Below, piece by piece: positions 17,253 through 27,509 of a stretch of 50,648 nt of DNA. Every line of letters starts with the position of its first letter. The first letter of the stretch is position 1. Source of the DNA: Candidatus Helarchaeota archaeon (lineage in GTDB: Archaea; Asgardarchaeota; Lokiarchaeia; Helarchaeales; RDOG01); contig JALGVI010000007.1 of NCBI GenBank assembly GCA_029838215.1, positions 1-50,648 on the forward strand, read 5' to 3'. The position numbers were made by a program, and so were the translations under genes. A model generated the notes under the pieces. That model had not been told where the DNA came from. It saw nothing but the letters and a program-made list of their open reading frames with translations, and searched no databases.

Positions 17253-20200
17253 CTCGAATGGTTTTTTCTTTTTCTTGATTTTTTTGGGGTATATCCAATA
17301 ATAGAAGAAAATAGCGAATATTACAATTCCCACGATAACGGGATAACCGATCCAAAGGATTGAAAAGAAAAGAAAATTTCCCGTTGCGTTGTAAAGAATG
17401 GAACTAACGCCGTGAAGTGCAGTAATAAGGGAGATGAAAACTGAAACAAAACCGACTACTGACTTTAATCGGTTATAAATCACTTGGAGAAGGGATTTTT
17501 CGGCATCACCCAACTCACCGCCATCGATCATTTCAAGGTCATCTTTATTCAGGACTTTTCTCATTTCTTGATATGATATTCGACCCATGCCAAAGACAAT
17601 CTCGTTTGTATTGCTGTCAATCTTGATATTGTCCATGTTTGAAGTGCCTAAAATCCTGAAAAGACGGGATTTGAGGGTGGAACGCTTCATTCCCATGCGA
17701 TTTGCCAGTTGTTGAATTGGAATACGTGGTGTTTCGTATACTTTTTCCATGTAGATGAGATTCTTCTTAATGATTTCGTCTTCGAGAAGGATCTTCGTCC
17801 GTTTCAGCACGTCTTCTAATTCATTTATGTTCCATTCTCTCAAAATAACAATGCAGGAGTCCCGAAAGTTGGGAATCTTCAGGTTCTTTTCTGCATTTGA
17901 TATGTGAGACTTAATATCACCGTCCATGTTTTTTAGAACATTCAGCAAGTTTTTATACGTGGCCTTTAGCGTGGCTTGAGCCTCGTCAAGATTACCATTC
18001 TCCAGGAGGTTCGCCTGTTCGAGTTCTATTTCATTGATTAGATTATAAAAATCGTCTTTATGGCGTTCTATTTTCTTTTTTAACTCGATTTTTAACTCTT
18101 CTTCGAGTATGCCTACAAATTTTTGCTCAAACCGTTCTCGCTGTTGTTTTATGTCATATTTTATCGTTGCGATTTCTTCGTTAAATTTACCTTGTAAGTC
18201 TGCGATTATTCTTAAAAATTTCTTAATATTAAGGTCATCTTCCGCTTCTTGAATGAAATTTCGAAGTTTTTCTTCGTGCATGTTGATTTTTTCATCATGT
18301 GAGCCATAAATTTCTTGAAGATAAGAGCGAACCTCATCGAGGTTATGAAAAGAATCAATTTGTTTTAAGATTTTCTCATTAATGTCTTCGAGTTGTGCGT
18401 TAATCTCCAGTAATGCTCCCTTAATGAGATTATCAAATTTCCTTCTATAATCCAGAATTTTTGTAATCAAGGCGACTTCATTCTTTATTTGTGATTTTCG
18501 TTGAGTCCATTTTTGGATTAAGCCTGAATTATACGGGTTCTTTAGTTGTTTTGGGTAATTTCGCTTCAAGAACCCATCGTTTTCTTCGATATTCGCCAAA
18601 ATTTCTTTAGTTTTCGTTTTAATTTCTTCTTTATTGTCATCAAGAAGGTAACTTTCACAGTAATTCAAAAATAAGTTTTTTAAACGTTCAAATTCCTGTT
18701 CTTTCAAGTATTTTTCAATGGTCTTTTCAAACTCTAACTGTTTCAAATTGGGCACGGTAAGAGGGATGATCTCGTCAGCATTTACAAATTCCGCTGATAT
18801 CCTTGCAGACAAAATCATTTGCTCGAGCCGTTTTTTAACGGAGCTCCGACTCAGACCGATCAGTGTTGCTAATTCTTGTATCTTAATTCGTCCGCCCCGT
18901 GCTTCATTTGATTTCTCTAAAATTAATTTTTGTAAGACTGTATCAATGAGATGGTCTTTTTTATTTCGGAGAGAACTCTCCATGAATTTTTCATAGGTCT
19001 TCCATCGGTTCACGGGAACCATCGTGATTTCTGTAAAGTTCTTGAACTCTTGAGATTCTTGGTTCAAGAAGTCGAAAATTGCTCTATTTTCTTTTTTCAT
19101 TTCGGATTTTAGGTATGAATATCGTTCCTTTAGAAGGTGGCAAAGGTTTTTTTCTGGAGTTATCACTTCGAGACGGGAAAGATCTTCCAATTGATCTAAA
19201 GCACGATTCAATTTCTTGATTTTTGAATCGACGAGAGCATCAAATTCTGATTTTTTGGACTTTTCTTTAAGAGTCATTATTTTTTCTTCAGTTTCTTTCT
19301 TGACATCTTCCAGTTCTATTCTCATTTGGTCCATCAAATCTGTCCAAAGAAATGGGATGTCTCCTGCAACGATTTCAAAATCATCCAATATTTTCCCCGT
19401 GTCGTGTATGTATTCGTCAAGAAAGAGGTTGGTTTCCGTGATGAAATCCAGGGCTCGCAGGATTGCCAGATTCAATTCTTCGTTGTCTTCGATTTTTTTG
19501 ATATTTTCCAATCGGTCATGAAAACTTGCTTTTCGTTGGTCCATCAATTTCAGGATTTCATCACGTTTATATATTTTAGATCGCATGTCCTCCAGACGTC
19601 TGGCTGCTGTTGACTGTTTTTGTCTCCATTGCGTCGCCAGAAATTCATCAAATGCACGACTCTTATCTTCCAAATCTTGGTTTAAAGTGATGATTCCTTT
19701 TGCTAACGATGAATCATCCGTGAGGATGACATTCTTCAATAAAGAGCCTTTATTTGTTATTTTATACAATTCGGTGATTTTATTATTGATTTCCTGTGCC
19801 ACTTTTCGAACATTTTCCTCAATTTCGTTAGATCTTCCCAAAAAAATATCTCTTTTCGTGCCGAGTTCGTGTTTTGCACAGGATCTTTGAAAATCTGATA
19901 GCAATGTTTCAATTTGATTATTGAATCTATCCGTATTGTCATTTATGAACTCAACAAGTTTTTCTAATTCATTGTATGCCTTGATGATCTTCTCCCGATC
20001 CTTAATGAGACCATCCAAGTCATTTCTGACGTTTTGAAGTTCTTTTTTCGATTCCGAAAAATTCTTTTTCCATTCTTTTAATGATTCAAGTGATCTCTTG
20101 ATATCAATCAGAAAAAAGCGTTCTTTGAATGAATTGATTGTTTTTTCCTGTTCGGCAAGTTTCACGAGTGCTTGGTCATAATGCTTATCAAGATTACCAC

Positions 20201-21722
20201 GCGCCAATTCGACTTCATCGGCTTCCAATAGAATTTTGATTGATTCTTGAAATTCTTGGATTATCATGGGTAAAAGCGTGATATATTGGTCAATTAATGC
20301 CTCGAACCTGACCAAATCTTGCTTTTCTTCAACGATAGTATTATATGGAAATTCCTTTTTGCGCACTATGATGTTATCGGGTAAGATATAAACTCGGAGA
20401 ACCTGTGTCTTCCTCAGGCGTTTTTTTGATTCTTCAATGCTGCCAATTATGAAGTGTTGCTCGATTAATTTTGAAATGACTTTTTTAACCCTGACTTGCT
20501 TATCTGGAATTCTCCGAAACGTTTTGGCAAAATCAGTCAAGTCAATTTTCATCATTCTTTTATTCAATATATAATCCAGCGTTTTTTTAGCAATTCGCTG
20601 ATCATCGCTGGGAAGGTGACTGAGGTAAGTGTTAAATAGCTCTTTATATTTCACTATATCAACGGAAAACCACTTATACTTGGCTTGCATTTCTCTAACA
20701 AGCCTGAGAACCAACTTTTCGGTCACAAAAAATTCATCACAAAGCGTCCTCACGTACACTTCTTTTTGAACGTGAACGTGTTGGAGAAGACCATCTTCAA
20801 CTTCATCTATGAGTGATGGGAGAAGGAGAAACATTATGGCATCTGCTTGGGCGGTTTGTATTAAATCCGAACGAGCCTCTGTCGGATTTTGATTAAATCC
20901 TCCGTCAGGCTTGAATTTTTCTGATAAAAATTTTATGACTTTTCCTTTATTCAACTTGCGAATTAATTGATAGCCACTAAAAACTGATGTCACAAAAAAT
21001 GTATCCGTAATGTTGCTTTCGTCTGCTTTCTTTCCGAAACCTCCATCCGATCCTTGAAATGATGATATGAATGAAAGAACTAACTCGTCATCGATTACTT
21101 CATGGGGATTTAAAAGCCTGTACGTCAAAAGCAAGTAATACCTATCAATACTGCTTTTTTCCATCCTTTTCAAGAGTATCCTTGACATTCTTTTAGTATC
21201 GAGTAAATCCATTTGATCAAGAAGATAGAGGCTTGCCACGGCAAAGAATGTTGATTTGTACGAAGAATGAGCACCGCAAAGACAATCCTTATTGTTACAG
21301 TGTGAAAAAAGACCATCTGCTTTCTGGTTTTCCATTATGAATCGTAAAGTTTGCTTGCACTCGTCTTCATTAAGCTGATGCCCTAAAAGTTTCAGTCCTG
21401 CAATTGCAAAAAAAGTACTCCACGTGTCAGGATTCCAATTATGTAATGACGAAAATCCTCCTATCGGTGCGCGAAATCGGAAAATAAATTCGCTAATCTT
21501 CTTTTTCAATATCCTGCCAAAAGAATTCATCTCTCCAAGGAAACTCAGTCCCAAGAGAGCGTAAAACGTGCGCTCCAAATCACCAAACCCGTGATTCGAT
21601 TCTAGTTGACCTCGAATATATTTAGTGATCTTAACCCTGAAAGATTTTCCAAGCATGGTATTGAATATTTTTTGATCCTGTTTACTGACACGCCAGCAAG
21701 GAAGCACGAGTTCCGCGCACAT
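17241..21722 (-). CDS. 1493-aa protein: prenyltransferase-beta-like (alpha/alpha)6 repeats, PCI-like winged helices, long coiled coils, two C-terminal TM helices
   Basis: Repeats of F+..Q..DGGF...D...TFFA+..L.LL; PCI-like segments GGRIKIQELATLIGLSRSSVKKRLEQMILSARISAEF and YETPRIPIQQLANRMGM...IKIDSNTNEIVF; hydrophobic hairpin then KKIKKKKK. Start may be 21656. Confidence 0.75.
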   Translation of the reverse strand: MCAELVLPCWRVSKQDQKIFNTMLGKSFRVKITKYIRGQLESNHGFGDLERTFYALLGLSFLGEMNSFGRILKKKISEFIFRFRAPIGGFSSLHNWNPDTWSTFFAIAGLKLLGHQLNEDECKQTLRFIMENQKADGLFSHCNNKDCLCGAHSSYKSTFFAVASLYLLDQMDLLDTKRMSRILLKRMEKSSIDRYYLLLTYRLLNPHEVIDDELVLSFISSFQGSDGGFGKKADESNITDTFFVTSVFSGYQLIRKLNKGKVIKFLSEKFKPDGGFNQNPTEARSDLIQTAQADAIMFLLLPSLIDEVEDGLLQHVHVQKEVYVRTLCDEFFVTEKLVLRLVREMQAKYKWFSVDIVKYKELFNTYLSHLPSDDQRIAKKTLDYILNKRMMKIDLTDFAKTFRRIPDKQVRVKKVISKLIEQHFIIGSIEESKKRLRKTQVLRVYILPDNIIVRKKEFPYNTIVEEKQDLVRFEALIDQYITLLPMIIQEFQESIKILLEADEVELARGNLDKHYDQALVKLAEQEKTINSFKERFFLIDIKRSLESLKEWKKNFSESKKELQNVRNDLDGLIKDREKIIKAYNELEKLVEFINDNTDRFNNQIETLLSDFQRSCAKHELGTKRDIFLGRSNEIEENVRKVAQEINNKITELYKITNKGSLLKNVILTDDSSLAKGIITLNQDLEDKSRAFDEFLATQWRQKQSTAARRLEDMRSKIYKRDEILKLMDQRKASFHDRLENIKKIEDNEELNLAILRALDFITETNLFLDEYIHDTGKILDDFEIVAGDIPFLWTDLMDQMRIELEDVKKETEEKIMTLKEKSKKSEFDALVDSKIKKLNRALDQLEDLSRLEVITPEKNLCHLLKERYSYLKSEMKKENRAIFDFLNQESQEFKNFTEITMVPVNRWKTYEKFMESSLRNKKDHLIDTVLQKLILEKSNEARGGRIKIQELATLIGLSRSSVKKRLEQMILSARISAEFVNADEIIPLTVPNLKQLEFEKTIEKYLKEQEFERLKNLFLNYCESYLLDDNKEEIKTKTKEILANIEENDGFLKRNYPKQLKNPYNSGLIQKWTQRKSQIKNEVALITKILDYRRKFDNLIKGALLEINAQLEDINEKILKQIDSFHNLDEVRSYLQEIYGSHDEKINMHEEKLRNFIQEAEDDLNIKKFLRIIADLQGKFNEEIATIKYDIKQQRERFEQKFVGILEEELKIELKKKIERHKDDFYNLINEIELEQANLLENGNLDEAQATLKATYKNLLNVLKNMDGDIKSHISNAEKNLKIPNFRDSCIVILREWNINELEDVLKRTKILLEDEIIKKNLIYMEKVYETPRIPIQQLANRMGMKRSTLKSRLFRILGTSNMDNIKIDSNTNEIVFGMGRISYQEMRKVLNKDDLEMIDGGELGDAEKSLLQVIYNRLKSVVGFVSVFISLITALHGVSSILYNATGNFLFFSILWIGYPVIVGIVIFAIFFYYWIYPKKIKKKKKPFELLD

Positions 21723-22003
21723 TTAACATCACGATCTTTTTTTTGTTTTATTTTTCTCCAAGAACCGAGCAGGACTCATTCCGGTTCAAGGAGCTTTGAA
21801 ATCATCATTATTATCTCATTAGTGGCAAATATAAAAACATTTGGACATGGCAAGCAATATTTTTTGACCTGCATGAAGCTCGTTTCATGCATTTCCAAAT
21901 GAACCGATCTTCAAATAATCTTCTCAAGTAAAATATATTTTTCTTGTCTAAGAAATAGTTGATTTTTATTATATATTTCAAGCTTGACCCGATTTTGCGA
22001 TAA

Positions 22004-22207
22004 TCACTTCTCCAATTCGCTTTCTAATACCAATTTCCCATCTTTAACGACGTAATTGATCGTATTTCCCCAAAAATTGGTTACTACAACGCGATGTGAT
22101 ATGCCTTTTTCATTGGATTTCGTTACGGATTGAATTTTTAAAGGATACGGTAAATTTCTCTGCTTGTTAATCCATTCTTCTGTAATTTCGAGGTCTTTTT
22201 CACTCAT
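22004..22207 (-). CDS. Small hypothetical protein (67 aa)
   Basis: Protein-like alpha/beta composition, fills an otherwise empty gap; ATG at 22207 (GTG at 22222 possible). Confidence 0.55.
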   Translation of the reverse strand: MSEKDLEITEEWINKQRNLPYPLKIQSVTKSNEKGISHRVVVTNFWGNTINYVVKDGKLVLESELEK

Positions 22208-22463
22208 TTTTTCACTCAACACGCAATATTTTTTTCAATCATAAAAAAATGACGTTTATTTTCAATGTTCCGTGAATACATGGTCTGAGCAATAAATTCG
22301 AGTCCTGAACGGTAACTTTGATAAATTGATTGACAATTGTATTAATAATTATAACTCATTCTGATCAGATTTCGAGGAAGGATGTAAAGCATTCTCACAA
22401 GGATTTTCAGTCGTTCCCGAAGCACTACGGAATGAACCATGATTTATAGACAGGAGAAATCGA

Positions 22464-23636
22464 ATGACTACTGAATTTCAAAAATTTTCTCTAAGACCAG
22501 AGATAATACAAGCACTGGATGAACTTAAATTCCAGAAACCCACGCCAATCCAAGACCGAACAATTCCGATAATAATGGAAGGAAATGATGTCTTGGGACA
22601 GGCAATAACAGGAAGCGGCAAAACTCTCGCATTTGGATTGCCAATCCTTCAAAAAATAAATGACAAGATTAACAAGACACAAGCCGTGATAATCTCCCCC
22701 ACGCGTGAACTTGCCATTCAAATCGCAAACGAGTTGAAGGCTGTTGCAAAGCACACGAAAACTCGCGTGTTATTGATATATGGAGGAGTATCTTACCGTC
22801 CGCAAGAAGAAGGCTTGAAAAAAGGATTTCACATAATTGTAGCCACTCCAGGAAGAATGCTGGATCATCTAAGGAGAGGTGCAAGGAACTTCTTGCGACC
22901 TAAGATCGTCGTGCTAGATGAAGCCGATAAAATGCTCGAAATGGGATTTATTGAAGATATCGATAAAATTCTATACCAAATGAGACAACCGAAACAACAA
23001 AAACTCTTTTTCGGGGCTACAATGCCCGAGCGAGTTTATAAATTGACAAAAAAATACATGAAAAATCCGAAGTTCGTTTCATTAATAAGAGAACAACAAC
23101 GCAAATCTCGCGTTCCGAAAGAGATTCAACAATATTATTATAACGTTTCAGATGATACGGACAAGCTAAATGCCATTTGCAAGACCCTGGATCTAATTGC
23201 TGATGAGCACGAAAATGGCAATTATAAGATCTTGGTCTTCGTGCGAACTCGTAAATCCGCTGATAAATTAAGTCGATTCTTAAAGGAGATGGGCTATGAA
23301 ACATTGGCCATTCACTCCGATAAGTCTCAATTTCAACGAGAGAAAATAATGAACGCATTCCGAAACCATGCTCAATTACTCATCGCTACGGACGTGGCAA
23401 GTCGTGGATTGGATATTGACGGAATCACGCACGTCATAAATTATAACATGCCTCAAATTCACGAAGATTACATCCATCGAATCGGTCGCTGTGGTCGCAT
23501 GGGCAAAAAAGGCGTGGCAATTACCTTTATATCTCCCGATGAACATCGAATGTTAACTGAAATCGAACAGCAGTTAAAAACAAAGATCAACCGGCTTCAA
23601 TTAAATCAGTATTCAAGCCGTGGCGGCATTTATTAG
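22464..23636 (+). CDS. DEAD-box RNA helicase
   Basis: Q motif PTPIQ, TGSGKT, PTRELA, TPGR, LDEAD, GAT (motif III variant), TDVASRGLD, HRIGRCGR; GGAG upstream. Confidence 0.95.
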   Translation: MTTEFQKFSLRPEIIQALDELKFQKPTPIQDRTIPIIMEGNDVLGQAITGSGKTLAFGLPILQKINDKINKTQAVIISPTRELAIQIANELKAVAKHTKTRVLLIYGGVSYRPQEEGLKKGFHIIVATPGRMLDHLRRGARNFLRPKIVVLDEADKMLEMGFIEDIDKILYQMRQPKQQKLFFGATMPERVYKLTKKYMKNPKFVSLIREQQRKSRVPKEIQQYYYNVSDDTDKLNAICKTLDLIADEHENGNYKILVFVRTRKSADKLSRFLKEMGYETLAIHSDKSQFQREKIMNAFRNHAQLLIATDVASRGLDIDGITHVINYNMPQIHEDYIHRIGRCGRMGKKGVAITFISPDEHRMLTEIEQQLKTKINRLQLNQYSSRGGIY

Positions 23637-23747
23637 AAAACATTCGATGTAATCATTTTCTTTTATTTGGACAATCCTCATCCTAAAAATCCGTCTTGAG
23701 TAATTTAAAAAAATAAGGATGATGATGAACAGCATGAAATCGGAATT

Positions 23748-25724
23748 TTATTGATGTTTTCTTTTTCTATAATGCCAAACAAAGCCCGTGATCACCACTA
23801 ATCCCAGGATCAGGTAAAGTACTTCAAAACCCGGAACTGGTGGAGAAGTGGGATCTGCCTGTATTGTAACGATTATATCATCAGAAGTTCCTTGCTGCCC
23901 AGCACTATCATTGAATTCGATTCGATAATGGAATGTCCCAGCGGTTTCCGTGTTCACGGATATTTGAATGGTTGAGCCATTAGACCATTGATTCCAGTCT
24001 GTGATGGGTTGAAGAGTTCCTGAAGTATCTGCCCAGATTCGATAGAATCCTTCACCGTAATCATCGTATAGAACCCACGAAATCGAAACTTCCGCACCTA
24101 CACGTATTGAAATGTCGGACGATTCATCACAGGTCGGTATAGCATCAATTATTGTTATAAATACCGTGTTGGGAATGCCCAATTGCCCTGTGCTGTCATT
24201 ATATTCAATTGTATAATTAAAGATCCCTGGAGCAGTCCTATTTATCTGCACCAATAAATTCGTATTATTCTGCCATGGTTGCCAGTCCCACAATACGTAT
24301 GGATTTCCGCTCGTGTCGTTTGCCCAAACTCGATAGTGGCTCGAACCGAAGTCGTCAAGGAGTGTCCAATTTATGGTTTCTTGTCCATATTTTGATGTTA
24401 CTATGGGTGCTGGCGAATTTGACGTGGGAACATGGTCCACTGTGAACATTCTGAAGAAGATATCGGAACCATCTTCAACCTGCCCGTAACTATCCCACGT
24501 TACAACGAAAGTGTCATTTAAAATCACGGCTACTGAAGGACTGCCTTGCGAAGACGGTGTATGAATATTAACTTGAACCTCATTCGTCAGATTTTGTCCC
24601 GCAGCATTGAAGTATCTCATGAAAACGCCACTATCTCCTCCGTCCTGTCCGTTGCTTTCCCACGTAGCAATGAATGTGTCATCAGAGAATGAATCGAGGA
24701 CGACGATCGCCTGGTAACTTGTCGTGTAGGAGTTTATTTGGATTTCATCAGTCTGGTTCTGTCCTGAGTAGTCAAAAATCTTGAGATACACTCCAGTAAG
24801 ATCTCCATCTTGTCCCATGCTATCCCATGCTACTACAAAAGACTCATTACTTGATAGACAAGTAATCGAAGGTCTCATTTGATTATTGTCCGTATAACCA
24901 TTCACTTGAATATCATTAGTCTGGTTCTGCAATGTCGAATTAAAAATCCTCAGGAAAACTCCATCCCCACTGCCATCTTCCAACCAACTTTCCCACGTCA
25001 CGACAAAATTTCCGTTTGATAATACAGCGATATCGGGTTGTTCCTGAGAACCACCTGCATAGCTACTTACTTGAATATCATCTGTTTGGTTATGTCCCGT
25101 GTAGTTAAATTGTTTCACGAAAACTTTGCTTTGCGTATTGCATGTCCATGCAACTAAAAATGTTTCATTTTGATATTTGCAAACAGTAGGTTGTACCTGA
25201 TTTCCTGTGGTATAGGAGTTCACTTGAATATCGTCGGTCTGATTGTGTCCTGTGGAGTTGAAGATCTTGAGAAAAATGCCGGCACCATCTCCGTCCTGTC
25301 CCCCGCTACACCATGTAACCACAAAGGAACCATTATCGAGACCATATAGATCCGGATCACTTTGAGCGTCGGTGATGTTAGAATTCGCGCGGATATCGTC
25401 CGTCTGATCGTGTCCCGTGGAATTAAAGATCTTGATATTAATCCCCTGGGCATCTCCATCGGTCGTATTCTGCCAGGCTATTACAAACGAGCCATTTTCA
25501 ATACTACAAATTTCTGGAGTTTGTTGACTGCTATAGGTAATCGTATTTACCAAAGCTTCGTTTCCAGACTGAAATCCAACTGCCTTCAAGGGAAGAGTGG
25601 GTTTCTGCCTGTTCTGACCAAACTCGGTTCCGTACGGAAGAATTGTACTTGTCGAGACTGCCACGCCAAAAGTCATCAATAAAATCAAAGGCATAACCGC
25701 TAGAAAAAAATATCTTTTTCTCAA
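23748..25724 (-). CDS. Cell-surface glycoprotein: 7-repeat beta-propeller, two Ig-like domains, PGF-CTERM anchor
   Basis: Signal peptide RKRYFFLAV, seven ~55-aa repeats, two homologous beta-sandwich repeats, C-terminal PGF-TM-RKRK; TTG start. Confidence 0.85.
   Translation of the reverse strand: MRKRYFFLAVMPLILLMTFGVAVSTSTILPYGTEFGQNRQKPTLPLKAVGFQSGNEALVNTITYSSQQTPEICSIENGSFVIAWQNTTDGDAQGINIKIFNSTGHDQTDDIRANSNITDAQSDPDLYGLDNGSFVVTWCSGGQDGDGAGIFLKIFNSTGHNQTDDIQVNSYTTGNQVQPTVCKYQNETFLVAWTCNTQSKVFVKQFNYTGHNQTDDIQVSSYAGGSQEQPDIAVLSNGNFVVTWESWLEDGSGDGVFLRIFNSTLQNQTNDIQVNGYTDNNQMRPSITCLSSNESFVVAWDSMGQDGDLTGVYLKIFDYSGQNQTDEIQINSYTTSYQAIVVLDSFSDDTFIATWESNGQDGGDSGVFMRYFNAAGQNLTNEVQVNIHTPSSQGSPSVAVILNDTFVVTWDSYGQVEDGSDIFFRMFTVDHVPTSNSPAPIVTSKYGQETINWTLLDDFGSSHYRVWANDTSGNPYVLWDWQPWQNNTNLLVQINRTAPGIFNYTIEYNDSTGQLGIPNTVFITIIDAIPTCDESSDISIRVGAEVSISWVLYDDYGEGFYRIWADTSGTLQPITDWNQWSNGSTIQISVNTETAGTFHYRIEFNDSAGQQGTSDDIIVTIQADPTSPPVPGFEVLYLILGLVVITGFVWHYRKRKHQ
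24435..25562 (-). repeat. Seven tandem ~165-nt coding repeats (propeller blades)
   Basis: Consensus D+QVNSYT..Q..P.+..L.N.SFVV.W.S..QDG...G+FL+IFN.TG.NQT; partial nucleotide identity, e.g. ttcacttgaatatc recurs. Confidence 0.85.
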
Positions 25725-25901
25725 ATCGCATCAACTTCAATCGTTTTCGTAAGAAAAATACTTGAAACAAGGCAAGTATTATAAGAAGACAGAGAATTTC
25801 ATCAAATAAAAATATTTTCGACTTTAATAGAGAAAATATTGAAGAAGAACGACCTTGCTCCTAAAAAGGATTAGGGAAACGGCAAATTTTAAGGACTTTT
25901 G

Positions 25902-26330
25902 TTACTTAAATGGAAATAAATAATCGGGATTTTCTATTTTTTTTATTGCCAATTCTATGTAGTATTTAAATCTATTTTCAATGTGCTGAACAATTTCATC
26001 ATCGGCTGTATATGGACCGAACCAAATATTTGAAAGTGTTCCCGTGCTAGGGTCTTCTTTTGTCAATTGTGGGTCGTGTTTATCTTCGATTTCAAGTTCG
26101 GTTTCGAAGAATGGAGGTTCTTCATCGATGACCTGTTCTTGTTTTGGAACGATCGAGATAGGACGCCAGTGATCAGCCATGTAGCACATGACGTAAAATC
26201 CTGCTTGATCCATGAGTGCAGTGGCAAAGCCAACAATGTCTCCCAAGTATTTTTTAAGATGCTCGACCCATCGGACTCGAGTTTTTTTCACCAAGTCTAG
26301 CGGATCGCGTTCAACCATCCGAATAATCAT
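25902..26330 (-). CDS. Hypothetical protein
   Basis: 142-aa ORF with GAGGAG ribosome-binding motif; no family recognised. Confidence 0.75.
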   Translation of the reverse strand: MIIRMVERDPLDLVKKTRVRWVEHLKKYLGDIVGFATALMDQAGFYVMCYMADHWRPISIVPKQEQVIDEEPPFFETELEIEDKHDPQLTKEDPSTGTLSNIWFGPYTADDEIVQHIENRFKYYIELAIKKIENPDYLFPFK

Positions 26331-26429
26331 GTTATCAGCTCCTCATGATGAAATGATTCGTAATTAGAATGATTCTTGAGTTTAAAAAATTAAAAAAAAG
26401 TGTTATTTTAATGTATCTGCTCGGACTTC

Positions 26430-27320
26430 TCATTCTTTTTTTGCCTTGCGATTCATGTAAATGTAGTAGATTCCAAACCCGATCACGACGATTACCAAAG
26501 TTATGGTTAAGACAACATTAAATGGTAACGATAACACGTCAATTTGATCCAAGAATAACTGGGGATTATTTATCATTGCAATCAGCATTTGGATTGGAGT
26601 AAGACCTGCAAGTGCAATCATTAACCATCCAAGAATGGAATAGAAGAATGCTCTCGGAATGACTCCTATAACGGTACCTATGAGATAATCACGCCATTTT
26701 ATGTCGACCACACCTGATACAACTGAAATCAGATCTAATGGTATAAAAGGAACCATTCGTCCAATAATGACTGCCCAAATCCCATACTGATGTATCCAAT
26801 CATCAATAATCTTGAAATTTTTTTCTCCAACTGTTTTGACGGCGAAGGGTTTTCCTCCTCGAAGAGCAAGCCAGAACAAGAGAACCGCAGCAATCATGCC
26901 TCCTGCAATGTTAATAAGTCCACCACCGATCCAATTCCAAAGCATTCCTGCGGTCAACATGACCATCTCCGAAGGTATTGCCAGTAGTATTGCCTGCACG
27001 GCCATGAATACAAAATATAACAGGACACCAAATACGCCGAGGAAGGTCATGGGCATGAGAAAACAGATCACAACTATGGTCGTCAGGAATTCCGTATCTC
27101 CAATCGGAATGAAAGACACGTAACCCAGTAAGGTATAGAGATACATCGCACCCATGATAAGGACAAGTACCATGAATACCAACATGAAAACGTAATCCCA
27201 CCAGTGTTCATAACCGCGTGGATCAAGGATTCCTTTAATCCAACTAACAAATCTCTTGAAGATTCCTTCGTCTTTCGCAGAGCTCTTTTCATCTGTCGAT
27301 ACATCTTCATTTTCTGTCAT
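26430..27320 (-). CDS. DedA/TVP38/TMEM64 (VTT-domain) membrane protein
   Basis: VQAILLAIPSEMVMLTAG, GRMVPFIPLDLISVVSG, YLIGTVIGVIPRAFFY; start trimmed to MTENED (GGTGG upstream). Confidence 0.88.
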   Translation of the reverse strand: MTENEDVSTDEKSSAKDEGIFKRFVSWIKGILDPRGYEHWWDYVFMLVFMVLVLIMGAMYLYTLLGYVSFIPIGDTEFLTTIVVICFLMPMTFLGVFGVLLYFVFMAVQAILLAIPSEMVMLTAGMLWNWIGGGLINIAGGMIAAVLLFWLALRGGKPFAVKTVGEKNFKIIDDWIHQYGIWAVIIGRMVPFIPLDLISVVSGVVDIKWRDYLIGTVIGVIPRAFFYSILGWLMIALAGLTPIQMLIAMINNPQLFLDQIDVLSLPFNVVLTITLVIVVIGFGIYYIYMNRKAKKE

Positions 27321-27509
27321 TGAACCACCATGAAAGAAATCTTGCATTATAATTTTCGATATCAAATAATGAGAATGAAACGAGTTCCTAAACTTCAATT
27401 AAAAGTTTGCCATTTGATGAATATATCTTATGGGAATAAAATAAGGGCAAATTTGAGTTTCGTTTTACCAGTCGAATTTTTTATTAGTAACCACGTCGAC
27501 AATAAATAC

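Noticed and set aside
23678-23722. TCATCCT/AGGATGA inverted repeat between convergent genes
   Set aside because: Only 7 bp with a 31-nt loop, consistent with chance or a simple terminator.
24435-25562. Nucleotide repeats as a CRISPR or diversity-generating-retroelement template
   Set aside because: The repeats are in-frame coding blades, divergence is not adenine-specific, and no reverse transcriptase is present.
25722-25731. Possible frameshift at the start of the propeller gene (ATG at 25731 out of frame with TTG at 25724)
   Set aside because: The TTG start already gives a complete signal peptide, so no frameshift is needed.
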